This document shows, piece after piece, positions 27,754-37,100 of a stretch of DNA of 64,000 bases. The position numbers and the translations under genes were made by a program. The notes beneath the pieces were generated by a model that did no database searches, was not told the DNA's origin, and was given only the letters and a program-made list of their open reading frames with translations. Within the stretch, counting starts at the first letter, position 1. Each line of letters opens with the position of its first letter. The stretch is from Candidatus Lindowbacteria bacterium RIFCSPLOWO2_12_FULL_62_27. Lineage in GTDB: Bacteria > Lindowbacteria > 2-12-FULL-62-27. Location: the NCBI GenBank assembly GCA_001784175.1, contig MFPR01000044.1:1-64000 (forward strand), written 5' to 3'.

Positions 27754-29751
27754 ATGGCTTTCAGGGAGGGGAACCCTCCGCGGGGGAGCTGCCGGCTCGT
27801 CCCGCGGGTGTTGGCGGCGGTATTGGGGATGGCCGTGTTCGCCGGGGGTGGCGCCTTGGGCGCGATCATCGACAGCATGGACGACGCGACGGTGTGGAGT
27901 CAGAAGTCCGTCGACGGCGCGGCGACGCTGACGGTCAGCACGGTCACCGGGCAATCCGGGAACGCGGTCGAGGGCGCGTATGACCTGAAGACCGGTTCGT
28001 ACGTCCAGTTCGGCCGCAAGCTCGAGACGGTAGACATCAGTTCCGGGGACGCGATTACCTTCCTCTACAAAGGTTCCGGAAGCAAGAACAGCATCGAGGT
28101 GAAACTCCAGGACAGCGGCGGCGACTGGTTCGCCAAGACCATCGCGAACGTGTCCGACACGGCGGAATGGACGCGCGCCGTTCTCAGATACTCGGGAACC
28201 AGTCCCGATTTCACTTTTGCCTTCATGGAGGGATCGAGCGGCGACTCGGCGCTCAACACTCGCGCGATCAAGAAAATATCGATCGGCGTGACCAAGAGCG
28301 CCGGAGGGTCCGGCACCCTGCTCTTGGACGAGCTCGGCGTGTATCAGGTGGCGGCCGACACGACCCAGATTGTCTTCGACAACTTCAATGACACCACCAA
28401 AACCACGAACAATCTGGGAGCCAACCAGCGGCTTGTTTATGACGACGCCAGCACGAGTTCGTTTTCGTTTTCCTACGATACCGCAGCCAAGCCGTCCGAC
28501 GGCGACACCGCTTCCTTCAAAATCATCTTCACGAAGGGCGGGACGACCAAGAACGCCGCCTGGCTGCCTGCGTTTGCGGTGGTCGACACAACGAGTTCCT
28601 GCACCGAACTCGTTTTCGACCTCAAAGGCGATACCGGCGCCACGCTGGGCATCGGGCTGAAGGGCACCGACGCGCAAAACACCACGCAGGAGGACCTGGT
28701 CTACTTGAACTCCTACCTATTGGGTGGAGTGACCGATGCATGGACAAGAGTCCGGATTCCGCTTACCGCCTTTCCCAACGTTTCCTTCCGAACTAATTTT
28801 CAGATCTGGTTCGCGACCGAACTCAAGGACGGCGTCACCATTTCACTGCCGACCGCTGCGACGACAAGCGTCTGGATAGACAACCTGAAGATATTTCGCG
28901 TCCCGGTGCCGAACGCCGTCCTCCAGACGCTCGACAGTTTCGACGCGCCGGTGTCCGCGTCGGGCTGGAGCAAGGCCACCGGCGACGATGCGTCGCTCAG
29001 CTTTGAGCGCGCGACCGGACAGGTCGGCAAGGCGTACGAGCTTGCGTACGCGTTCAACAGCGGCACCTACGCGATCATTGAGCGGAAAATATCGATCAAT
29101 GTCCAGGAGGGCTCCGCGTTTTCGTTCCTGCTGAAGGGAACCGGCGGCGCGAACAACGTGGAGTTCAAGGTCAAAGACGGCGACGGCACGACGTACTACA
29201 AAGTCCTCACCGGCGCCGCGAGCACATCCGGCGCTTGGGCGACCTACACGATCCCCTACACGCAACTCAGCTTTTTCTCCGCCGGGACCGACAACTCGCT
29301 CAATCTCGGGGAAATCGCGCAAATCGATTTTGCGATCACCAAATCTTCCGGTCAGTCGACCGGCGGAACTTTGGCGGTGGATCTCCTGTCCTACGGCGCC
29401 GCGCCTTCGATCAGCGCGAACGTGGCGGCGGGAGGCGTGGTCGAAAATCTGACCGTCAAGGGAAATCCTGTCAGCCCCAACGGCGATGGGATCGACGACG
29501 AGGTGACTTTTCAGTTTACGCTGAAAGAATCCTCTGTCGTCACCCTGAACGTCTACGACCTGCGAGGGACGCTCGTTCGGCAGATCCCAGGCGGCACGCA
29601 GGCGGCGGGCCCGCAGACGCTGAACTGGGACGTGCGCGACCGCGCCGGCCGCGTCTGCCCCAACGGGCTTTGCGTGTTCCAGTTCGAAGCGCGCAGCGCG
29701 ACGAGCGGCGGCCGGTCGGACATCCGGAACATCATCGCGGTCGTCCGATGA
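27754..29751 (+). CDS. Secreted protein with three CBM11-like domains and a FlgD-Ig/T9SS-like C-terminal domain
   Basis: Signal peptide, repeated KG.G..N.(I/V)E.K..D domains; C-terminus NPVSPNGDGIDD...VYDLRGTLVR...WD.RDRAG...NG...IAVVR. Confidence 0.8.
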   Translation: MAFREGNPPRGSCRLVPRVLAAVLGMAVFAGGGALGAIIDSMDDATVWSQKSVDGAATLTVSTVTGQSGNAVEGAYDLKTGSYVQFGRKLETVDISSGDAITFLYKGSGSKNSIEVKLQDSGGDWFAKTIANVSDTAEWTRAVLRYSGTSPDFTFAFMEGSSGDSALNTRAIKKISIGVTKSAGGSGTLLLDELGVYQVAADTTQIVFDNFNDTTKTTNNLGANQRLVYDDASTSSFSFSYDTAAKPSDGDTASFKIIFTKGGTTKNAAWLPAFAVVDTTSSCTELVFDLKGDTGATLGIGLKGTDAQNTTQEDLVYLNSYLLGGVTDAWTRVRIPLTAFPNVSFRTNFQIWFATELKDGVTISLPTAATTSVWIDNLKIFRVPVPNAVLQTLDSFDAPVSASGWSKATGDDASLSFERATGQVGKAYELAYAFNSGTYAIIERKISINVQEGSAFSFLLKGTGGANNVEFKVKDGDGTTYYKVLTGAASTSGAWATYTIPYTQLSFFSAGTDNSLNLGEIAQIDFAITKSSGQSTGGTLAVDLLSYGAAPSISANVAAGGVVENLTVKGNPVSPNGDGIDDEVTFQFTLKESSVVTLNVYDLRGTLVRQIPGGTQAAGPQTLNWDVRDRAGRVCPNGLCVFQFEARSATSGGRSDIRNIIAVVR

Positions 29752-30620
29752 AGAGACATTTGGGATTTTGGATTTTAATTCTGTGCGGCCTTCCGGGGGC
29801 AGCCTCGGCGGCGGCGTTTGAGGCCATGATGGTGGGGGCGCGGCCAGTCGGGATGGGCGGGGCGTTTGTGGCCGTGGCCGATGACGGGCTGGCGGCGCAC
29901 TACAATCCGGCCGGACTGGCCAACCTCAAGATGCGCCGGATCGACTCCGCCTACAGCGACCTCTACAATCTCGGGCTGTTGAAACGAAACTACATGTCCT
30001 ATGCGCATCCCAAACTTGGCCGGGCCGGCGCGGCCATCAGTTGGAATGGGCTCGCGACGTCGCAGAAGGTCACGTTCATCGATTATTCCGAGAACGCGTA
30101 TGGATTTTCCGTCGGATTCCCCGTGTACCGCGGGCTCGCCGTCGGATCGACGCTTAAATATTACTGGGTGAACTACGACAAAAAGGCCACCGGATACGGA
30201 TTCGACCTTGGCGTCATGCTCCGCTTCATGATGGACTACCGGTTCGGCGTGATGCTCCGAAACGCCAGCCATCCGAAAATCCGCTGGGCCACCGGCGCCA
30301 TCGATTACCTGCCGATCACGTGGGAAATGGGTCTCGCCGCCGACGTCGGCCGGCACACGCTGGTGTCCATCCAGTGGGACCGGCAGGCCGACAACAACGA
30401 CCGGTCGCTCTTCAGGGTCGGCGGGGAATACTGGCTCACCGAGCGGCGCGCCAGCACGCGACTGGGCGTCCGGGCGGGCGCCGTGAGGCACCCGATGAAC
30501 AAGTGGGCCTTCACCGGCGGGCTGAGCGCGGTCCTCAAGGGATTCGAAGCCGTCTATGGGCTGCAGTTCCACTACAACCTCGACGAAGAACACACGTTCT
30601 CGCTGAACTGGGCGTTCTGA
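29748..30620 (+). CDS. PorV/PorQ-like (UPF0164) outer-membrane beta-barrel
   Basis: GARPVGMGGAFVAVADD...YNPAGLA; ends in SLNWAF; ATGA overlap with the upstream gene. Confidence 0.85.
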   Translation: MKRHLGFWILILCGLPGAASAAAFEAMMVGARPVGMGGAFVAVADDGLAAHYNPAGLANLKMRRIDSAYSDLYNLGLLKRNYMSYAHPKLGRAGAAISWNGLATSQKVTFIDYSENAYGFSVGFPVYRGLAVGSTLKYYWVNYDKKATGYGFDLGVMLRFMMDYRFGVMLRNASHPKIRWATGAIDYLPITWEMGLAADVGRHTLVSIQWDRQADNNDRSLFRVGGEYWLTERRASTRLGVRAGAVRHPMNKWAFTGGLSAVLKGFEAVYGLQFHYNLDEEHTFSLNWAF

Positions 30621-30623
30621 AAA

Positions 30624-33600
30624 ATGGAGATTTTGGATTTTGGATTTTGGATTTTGGATTGGACACAGCGACGACTCCGAATCGGCTGTCTCGGATTTGC
30701 AGTCCTCATTGCGTGGGCCGCTCCAGTCGCCGGAGAATTTCTTCCGGTCGATGATTTCAATGACGCGAACGACCGGAACGACGCCGGCGGATATTCGTTT
30801 GTCCTGACCGACGGGCAGGCGGGGTCGGCGATAGCCATCGAATATGTTTCGGATCCCGCAGTCCGATACGGGCCGGCGGGATACAGCCTGAAGCTGACGT
30901 TTGAGATCAACACCTACAACGGATGGTGCGCGTGGGCCGCCGATCTGAACGGGCTGAACGCCGCGCCGTTTGACGCGCTCCGGTTTCGCCTGCACGGATC
31001 GCACAGCCGCGCGGAATCGTTCACGGTCCTTTTGCGGGATCGCAAAGGCAACCGGATATCAATCCGGACGTCCGACCATCTCTCGGCCGACGGCAATGGC
31101 TGGCGGGACCTGGATCTGCCGCTGGACAGGGGACAGGAATTTGACTGGAGCGACCTCGACACGCTGATGTTGATCCTTGATCGGGAGAATCTTTTTCCCG
31201 GCGTTCCGGGCGCGCTCCTGATCGATGACATCCGGTTTGAGAAGATTGCGCGTGAGGTGGCGCCGGCACGCGCGCCGGAACCATCGCCGCCGGCGCCCGC
31301 GCCGCCGCCGGCAGCCACACCGACGCCAAAACCTCCGGCGCCGATTCTTGCCGGGCCGGCGCCAAGCCTCAAGACGCCGGCGCAAACGACTCACCTCCTC
31401 TCCCCCCGCGAAGGGCGAGAGAGGACTGAGGTGAGGGGGGTAGACAGCGACACGCAAGGCTTGCCACCCTCACCCCAACCCTCTCCCGCCAGAGGCGGGA
31501 GAGGGGGGACGCCGCCGGTGGACACGAAGCCAGCTCCCATCCTGACGAAACCGAAGGCCGGCGGAGCGATTCCGCCGCTGATCGTGGCGCGGCCGGCGCC
31601 GCCGGAAACAAAACCGGCGCCGATCCTGACAAAACCAGCCGCACGCGGCGCCATCCCTCCATTGATTCTGACGAAACCTGCGCCGGTCTTGACCAAACAG
31701 CCCGCGCCCACACCTGCGGACAAGGGATACCTGACGTACGACGCCATGGAGAATCCCAAAGACTGGGCGACCGAATCCGATCAGGGCGCGAGCCTCCAGC
31801 TCAAACCGGTGCCCGGCGTCAAAGGCCAAGCGCTCTCTCTGACCTACTCCTTCGGCAAGGGCGGCTGGGTGCAGATGTCCAAACCGTCAAAGGCGGACCT
31901 GAGCCGCATGGAAGCCTTGAGGCTCCGGGTCAGAGTCGTCAAAGGAACCGTCAACTTGGAGATCAAGCTGACGGACGAAGACTTCTCGAACTTCGGGAAA
32001 AAATACGAGGCCCTCAAGCCCGAAAACGAGTGGGCCACGATTGACATCCCCATCGAGCAGTTCACATACTGGTGGGGTGGAGACAGCAAGCTTGACATGA
32101 AAACCATCCGGGGCGTTTACATCGCCGTCAGTAAAGTGTCCGGCAACGCCGGCGAGATTCTCGTTGATGACATCGAGTATAAATCGCGCGCGCCGACGGC
32201 CGCCGAAGTTCCCGGCGGGCTCGTCCTCATCGACAGTTTCGAACGCAGCGTTCCCGAAAACGCCTACTCAGTCCTGCGCGGCGACAACTCGGTCCTGAAC
32301 CTCGAGTCGGTCCGCGACGCACACGATGGCAACTATTCGATGCGTTTCGATTACACGCTCGAAACCACGCGGAGCATTCCGACCCACGTCGGCGCGTCCA
32401 GCGCATTCGCGACGACGCTGGACTGGCGCGGCGTGGACCGGTTCAACCTCTGGGTCCGGGGTGACGGCTCGTCCAACCACCTGCGGATCAACCTCGTCGA
32501 CCGCGACGAGGAAGTGTGGAGCGCCGTCCACCGGCACGTTTTGAAATCAAGCCAGTGGCAGCTCGTGTCGATCCCGATTGCCGACTTCAATATCCCGGGT
32601 GACGCGCCGGCGCGAAACAAGAGATTCGACGTCGACGAGATCAACAAGATCGAGATCCAGATCGTGGGCGACCGGACCGACAAGACGACCGGCACGGTGT
32701 GGGTCGACGAGATGTACGTAACCGGCAAAAACCTCGATCCCAACAAGGTCGGCCCGGCGGAGCTCCGCAAGGGCCTGGTGGTTCCCCTGCCGGCCCTGGC
32801 CGCCGCCTTCAACTTCGGGATCGTCAACTTCGCGGAATTCTCCGACGTTCCGGAAGAGGGCCAGAAGGTGAACCACTATGGGAAAATCCTGATGGACGCG
32901 CAGTTCTCGAAGTTCTCGACCCGTCTCGAAATCGCCTCCGATTTCCAGGACTACGGCGCGTCGGCCTATTTCGACACCAAGGGCACCCTGAGCCTCGAAA
33001 ACCCGAGGACCGTTCTCGTCAACAGCCAGATCAACGTCAGCCAGATCCACCCGAACCTGCGCCTCCTGACGCTCGGATACCTCTGGATCGATTTCGGACG
33101 CTGGACCTTCACGCCGCAGTTCGGAAGCAAGGGCCTCAAGGCGGAAGGATCGATCGGAGACGCGGGATACGAAGCGTTTGTGATCAAGAAACGCTACGAG
33201 TCCTACGCGGCCGGGTCGCGCGTGACCCTGACGCTCGGGCCGTGGCTCCTGCAGTCCATCTTCGTTTACGACAACGACGTCGCCCAGCAGACCGGCGCCA
33301 CGCTCGTCGGCGGGCAACTCGTGAGTTCCAGCTCCAAACTGGTGACGCGTCCGATTTCGAAGGATTTCGTCGGAACCCTCGAAGTCACGCGGAAGCTGAG
33401 CAAGGACCGGATCACGCTCTCGGCGCTCCTCGGACGCAATCTCAACACGCAGTTCGGGACCAAGACCGGCACCTTCAGCCCGACCGTCGTCTCGCTCTAC
33501 GACAGCCCGCGGAACAAATCGGGAAACCTCGGAATATTCGAGGCGCGGTTGAACGATTACCCGTGGAAAAAACTCTCGTCGCAGGTCCAGTACCGCTGGA

Positions 33601-34172
33601 TCGGGACGCACTTCAAGCCCAATTTCCGGGAAGCCGGCCTGTCGTTTGACGACGCGTGGGCGGACCAGCAAGGCTACAACCTGCGGTTTCTCCAATCGAT
33701 CTGGAAGATGAATTTCGCCGGAGAATACGACCGGATCGACCGTCTATCGGCCACGCACTACAACCGGCGCCGGTCGAGGCTGACGTGCGGCTACTATGGA
33801 ATCCGCAACGTGGATATCGCCGTTTCGGGCGAGCAGTTCGCGGAGGTCTACAAATTTTCGAGCGACCGAACGGCCTTTTCAACAGACAAGAACGAGAAGA
33901 AATTCAGCGCCGAAGCCTATGTGGGCCTGCGGGTGTCGGACAAACTCAGGACCTGGGCCAAGGCGATCGAGGAACGAATCACGCATCCCGGAAACAACAA
34001 CGCCAAATACAAGACTGACATCTTCCAGACCCGCTTCGAATACTTCGTCTCCAACAACTCGCGCATCTTCGCCGAATACAAATTCACCCAGTTCGGCAAC
34101 CCCGCCTGGGAGCCGATCGGCTCGCCCTTCGACGACAATTTCACCAAACTAAGCGTGGAGCTGAATTTCTAG
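30624..34172 (+). CDS. Outer-membrane protein: three CBM11-like domains, Pro-rich linker, C-terminal beta-barrel
   Basis: Signal-like N-terminus, CBM11-like domains (one with YWWGGD), PAPILTKP repeats, about 450-aa amphipathic-strand region ending in VELNF. Confidence 0.78.
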   Translation: MEILDFGFWILDWTQRRLRIGCLGFAVLIAWAAPVAGEFLPVDDFNDANDRNDAGGYSFVLTDGQAGSAIAIEYVSDPAVRYGPAGYSLKLTFEINTYNGWCAWAADLNGLNAAPFDALRFRLHGSHSRAESFTVLLRDRKGNRISIRTSDHLSADGNGWRDLDLPLDRGQEFDWSDLDTLMLILDRENLFPGVPGALLIDDIRFEKIAREVAPARAPEPSPPAPAPPPAATPTPKPPAPILAGPAPSLKTPAQTTHLLSPREGRERTEVRGVDSDTQGLPPSPQPSPARGGRGGTPPVDTKPAPILTKPKAGGAIPPLIVARPAPPETKPAPILTKPAARGAIPPLILTKPAPVLTKQPAPTPADKGYLTYDAMENPKDWATESDQGASLQLKPVPGVKGQALSLTYSFGKGGWVQMSKPSKADLSRMEALRLRVRVVKGTVNLEIKLTDEDFSNFGKKYEALKPENEWATIDIPIEQFTYWWGGDSKLDMKTIRGVYIAVSKVSGNAGEILVDDIEYKSRAPTAAEVPGGLVLIDSFERSVPENAYSVLRGDNSVLNLESVRDAHDGNYSMRFDYTLETTRSIPTHVGASSAFATTLDWRGVDRFNLWVRGDGSSNHLRINLVDRDEEVWSAVHRHVLKSSQWQLVSIPIADFNIPGDAPARNKRFDVDEINKIEIQIVGDRTDKTTGTVWVDEMYVTGKNLDPNKVGPAELRKGLVVPLPALAAAFNFGIVNFAEFSDVPEEGQKVNHYGKILMDAQFSKFSTRLEIASDFQDYGASAYFDTKGTLSLENPRTVLVNSQINVSQIHPNLRLLTLGYLWIDFGRWTFTPQFGSKGLKAEGSIGDAGYEAFVIKKRYESYAAGSRVTLTLGPWLLQSIFVYDNDVAQQTGATLVGGQLVSSSSKLVTRPISKDFVGTLEVTRKLSKDRITLSALLGRNLNTQFGTKTGTFSPTVVSLYDSPRNKSGNLGIFEARLNDYPWKKLSSQVQYRWIGTHFKPNFREAGLSFDDAWADQQGYNLRFLQSIWKMNFAGEYDRIDRLSATHYNRRRSRLTCGYYGIRNVDIAVSGEQFAEVYKFSSDRTAFSTDKNEKKFSAEAYVGLRVSDKLRTWAKAIEERITHPGNNNAKYKTDIFQTRFEYFVSNNSRIFAEYKFTQFGNPAWEPIGSPFDDNFTKLSVELNF
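30629..30656 (+). repeat. Heptamer tandem repeat (GATTTTG)4
   Basis: Read directly; a shorter degenerate copy occurs at about 29758-29776. Confidence 0.9.
31394..31508. repeat. REP-like doublet embedded in frame in a CDS
   Basis: 31467-31505 matches the reverse complement of 24800-24838 with one mismatch. Confidence 0.85.
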
Positions 34173-34173
34173 C

Positions 34174-37100
34174 ATGGGCGGCAGGCCGGCTCTATATAAT
34201 ATTTGTATATATATAATAGTGATTTCGGTTCTGAGCCCGGGCGTGTCCCGTGCAGACATTGTACATGACGATTTTAACGACAGTTCCACCAGCAACGACT
34301 GGGGCGGCAGCACCGGGACTTTTACGGGCAGCGGCGGGACCATCAGCATCAATCGAATCTCGTCCGATGCGTCCGAAGGCGCGCGGTCGCTGGAGATGCA
34401 ATTCGATGTGACGGCATCCTCCGCCTACAGCGGCTACTACAGCCGCCTGAACGACACCAACCTGTTCACCGACACGGCCAACAACCGGGCGGTGTCGTTT
34501 TTCGTCAAGGGGCTGGCCGGCCACGAGGTGTTCAAGATAGAGGTCGGCGAGTCCGATGCACTGTCCCAGAAAACCCTGGTCCGGGATTTTATCAACGGCG
34601 GCGTCACCACCGCCTGGCGGCAGGTCTACATCCCGATGATGGCGTACGACCAGTTGAATTTCAACGATTCCCGCTGGACCGGCAACCTGGCGTTCGTGTT
34701 TGAGGATGGGCTTGGATCGCCGAAATCGGGAACGATCCGGATCGACAGCATCCAGATCGTCAAGACACCCGATACATACCTCGTCGATACCTACGACGAC
34801 GGCGATACGCAGAAAAGTTCGTTCGGCGGGACCAACACGTTTTATGAAAATCAGACGGAAATGAACGCCCAGCGCGATACGTCGACGTTCGTCGGCGACA
34901 CGGGCGCCTCCTTGCGCATCGCCTACACCTGCACGGGCACGTCGTCCGGAAATTACACGGTGTACGAGCAGACCGTCAACAACGGGCTCGGCAAGGGCCA
35001 GGACGTGCGGTTCGCGACTTCGCTGCACTTCTGGATCCGCGCCGACACCGGCCTGCGCGGTCCCCTGGCCAACGTGTGGCTCATCGACATGGGCAACGGA
35101 TCCAACCAGAAGGACATCGAGTCGTTCGTTCCCGCCATCCCGATCGACACGTGGGTTCCAGTCAACATTCCGATCCGCGTATTTTCCGGGGTCGACACGC
35201 CGTCGCTCAAAATGATCAAGTGGGCGTGGGAATACGAGGACAAGAGCGGGACCATGTGGCTGGACGCCGTGGAATTTTCGAAGGGGTATGACCTTTCCGT
35301 GCCGGCGGCCCCGGCGCTGTCGAAGCCGGCGGCCGACACAGTCATGCAGGAAACCACACCGGCGTTCTCATGGAACAGCGTGTCGGACGGGCAGGGGGTG
35401 TCGTATTTCATTCAGGTAACGGCATACGAGGACACCGATTTTTCCGACCCGATTCTTCGTGAGGTCACCAGCGCGACGAGCCTGACGTTCGCGCAGGCGC
35501 TGGCGAATGGCGGCCGGTATCGGTGGCGGGTCGCGGCCTTTGACGGGCACGGAAACTGGAGCATCTTCAGCGACAGCCGCGCGTTCAAAATCCAGTCGGC
35601 CACGCATGACGATTTCAACGACAGCGCCACTACCAACAAATGGGGAGGCGCCGCCGGCATTTTTACCGGAGGCGCCGGGGCGATCACCATCAACCGCACG
35701 TCGGCCGACGCGGCCGAGGGCGCACGGTCGCTTGAAATCGCGTACACCGCCACCGGCGCGAGCGGAGATTATTCGGGCTATTACAGCGAGCTGAACAACA
35801 TGAACGTGACCGACACGCCGAGAAACAGGGCGCTGTCGTTCACGATCAAGGGACTGGCGGGCAACGAAGTGTTCAAGGTCGAGCTGGGTGAGTCGACGGT
35901 GAAGACCCAGCAGGTGGCCGTCCGCGATTTTCTGAACGGAGGCGTGTCGACCGCCTGGAGGGACATCCACATTCCTCTTTCGGCGTTCGACCAGTTGAAT
36001 TTCACCAACCCGTGGTGGAACCGCAACCTCGCGTTTGTGTTTGAATACGACTTGGGAACGCCGAGGTCCGGAACCGTACGGATCGACAACATCCGGCTGA
36101 CCTCCGAGCCGGAGACGTACCTCGTGGACTCCTATGACGACGCCGACACGTCCAAATCGTCCTTCGGCGGGACCATGGTCTACTATGAGAACAATGCCGA
36201 CCTGAATGCCCAGCGCGACACGAGCACCTACGTCGGAGACACGGGCGCATCCCTGCGCATCTTCTACAACGTGACAGGCGCGGGATCGGGCAACTACGTC
36301 GTCATCGAGCAAACCGTCAACAACGGCGTCAACAAGGGCCAGGACATCCGGCACATGTCGTCGCTCCATTTCTGGGTCAAGGCCGATTCCGGCACGCGCG
36401 GGCCGCCCGCCAACGTCTGGATGCACGACATGGGCAACGCGTCCAGCCAGAAGGATCTCGAGGCGTATATCCCGGCCCTTCCAACCGACACGTGGGTTCC
36501 GGTCAACATTCCGCTGCGTGCGTTTTCCGGCGTCGATAGCGCGTCGCTGAAGATGATCAAATGGGCGTGGGAGTACGAAGACAAGAGCGGCACGATGTGG
36601 ATCGACGCGGTCGAATTTTCCAAAGGATACGATGTCACGGCGCCCAACACTCCTGTTTTGTCCGGAGTGTATCCCGACTCGACACCGACCTTTTCGTGGA
36701 CGGGAGGGAATGACGCGCAGGGAGAGAGTTATTACATCCAAGTCGCCGCTTTCTCCGATACAAAATTTGAGAACGTCATCCTGAGTTCAGTGACCGGCGC
36801 CGCCAGCATCACGTTCACGCAAACGCTGTCCGCCGGGAGCCGCTATCACTGGCGGGTTGCGGCCTTTGACCGGCACGGCAACTGGACCGGATTCAGCGAC
36901 ACGAAAAGTTTCGTGGTGTTTGAGGACACCGGCCGAAGCACGGTGTTCGTGTCCGATCGCGGGGACAGCTCGAACGTCGGATCGGCGGACACGAGGGGGG
37001 CGTTCGGCGGGATATTTGAGGCGATCTCATATCTGGATCCCGCGAACGGCGCGGACACGGTCGTGATCTTCAACCGGATCGGATCGGACTCGTACCGGCT

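Noticed and set aside
29235-29747. Upstream extensions of ORFs 29235-30620, 42750-43775 and 48151-50673
   Set aside because: They overlap the preceding genes; internal ATGs at the ATGA junctions give plausible N-termini.
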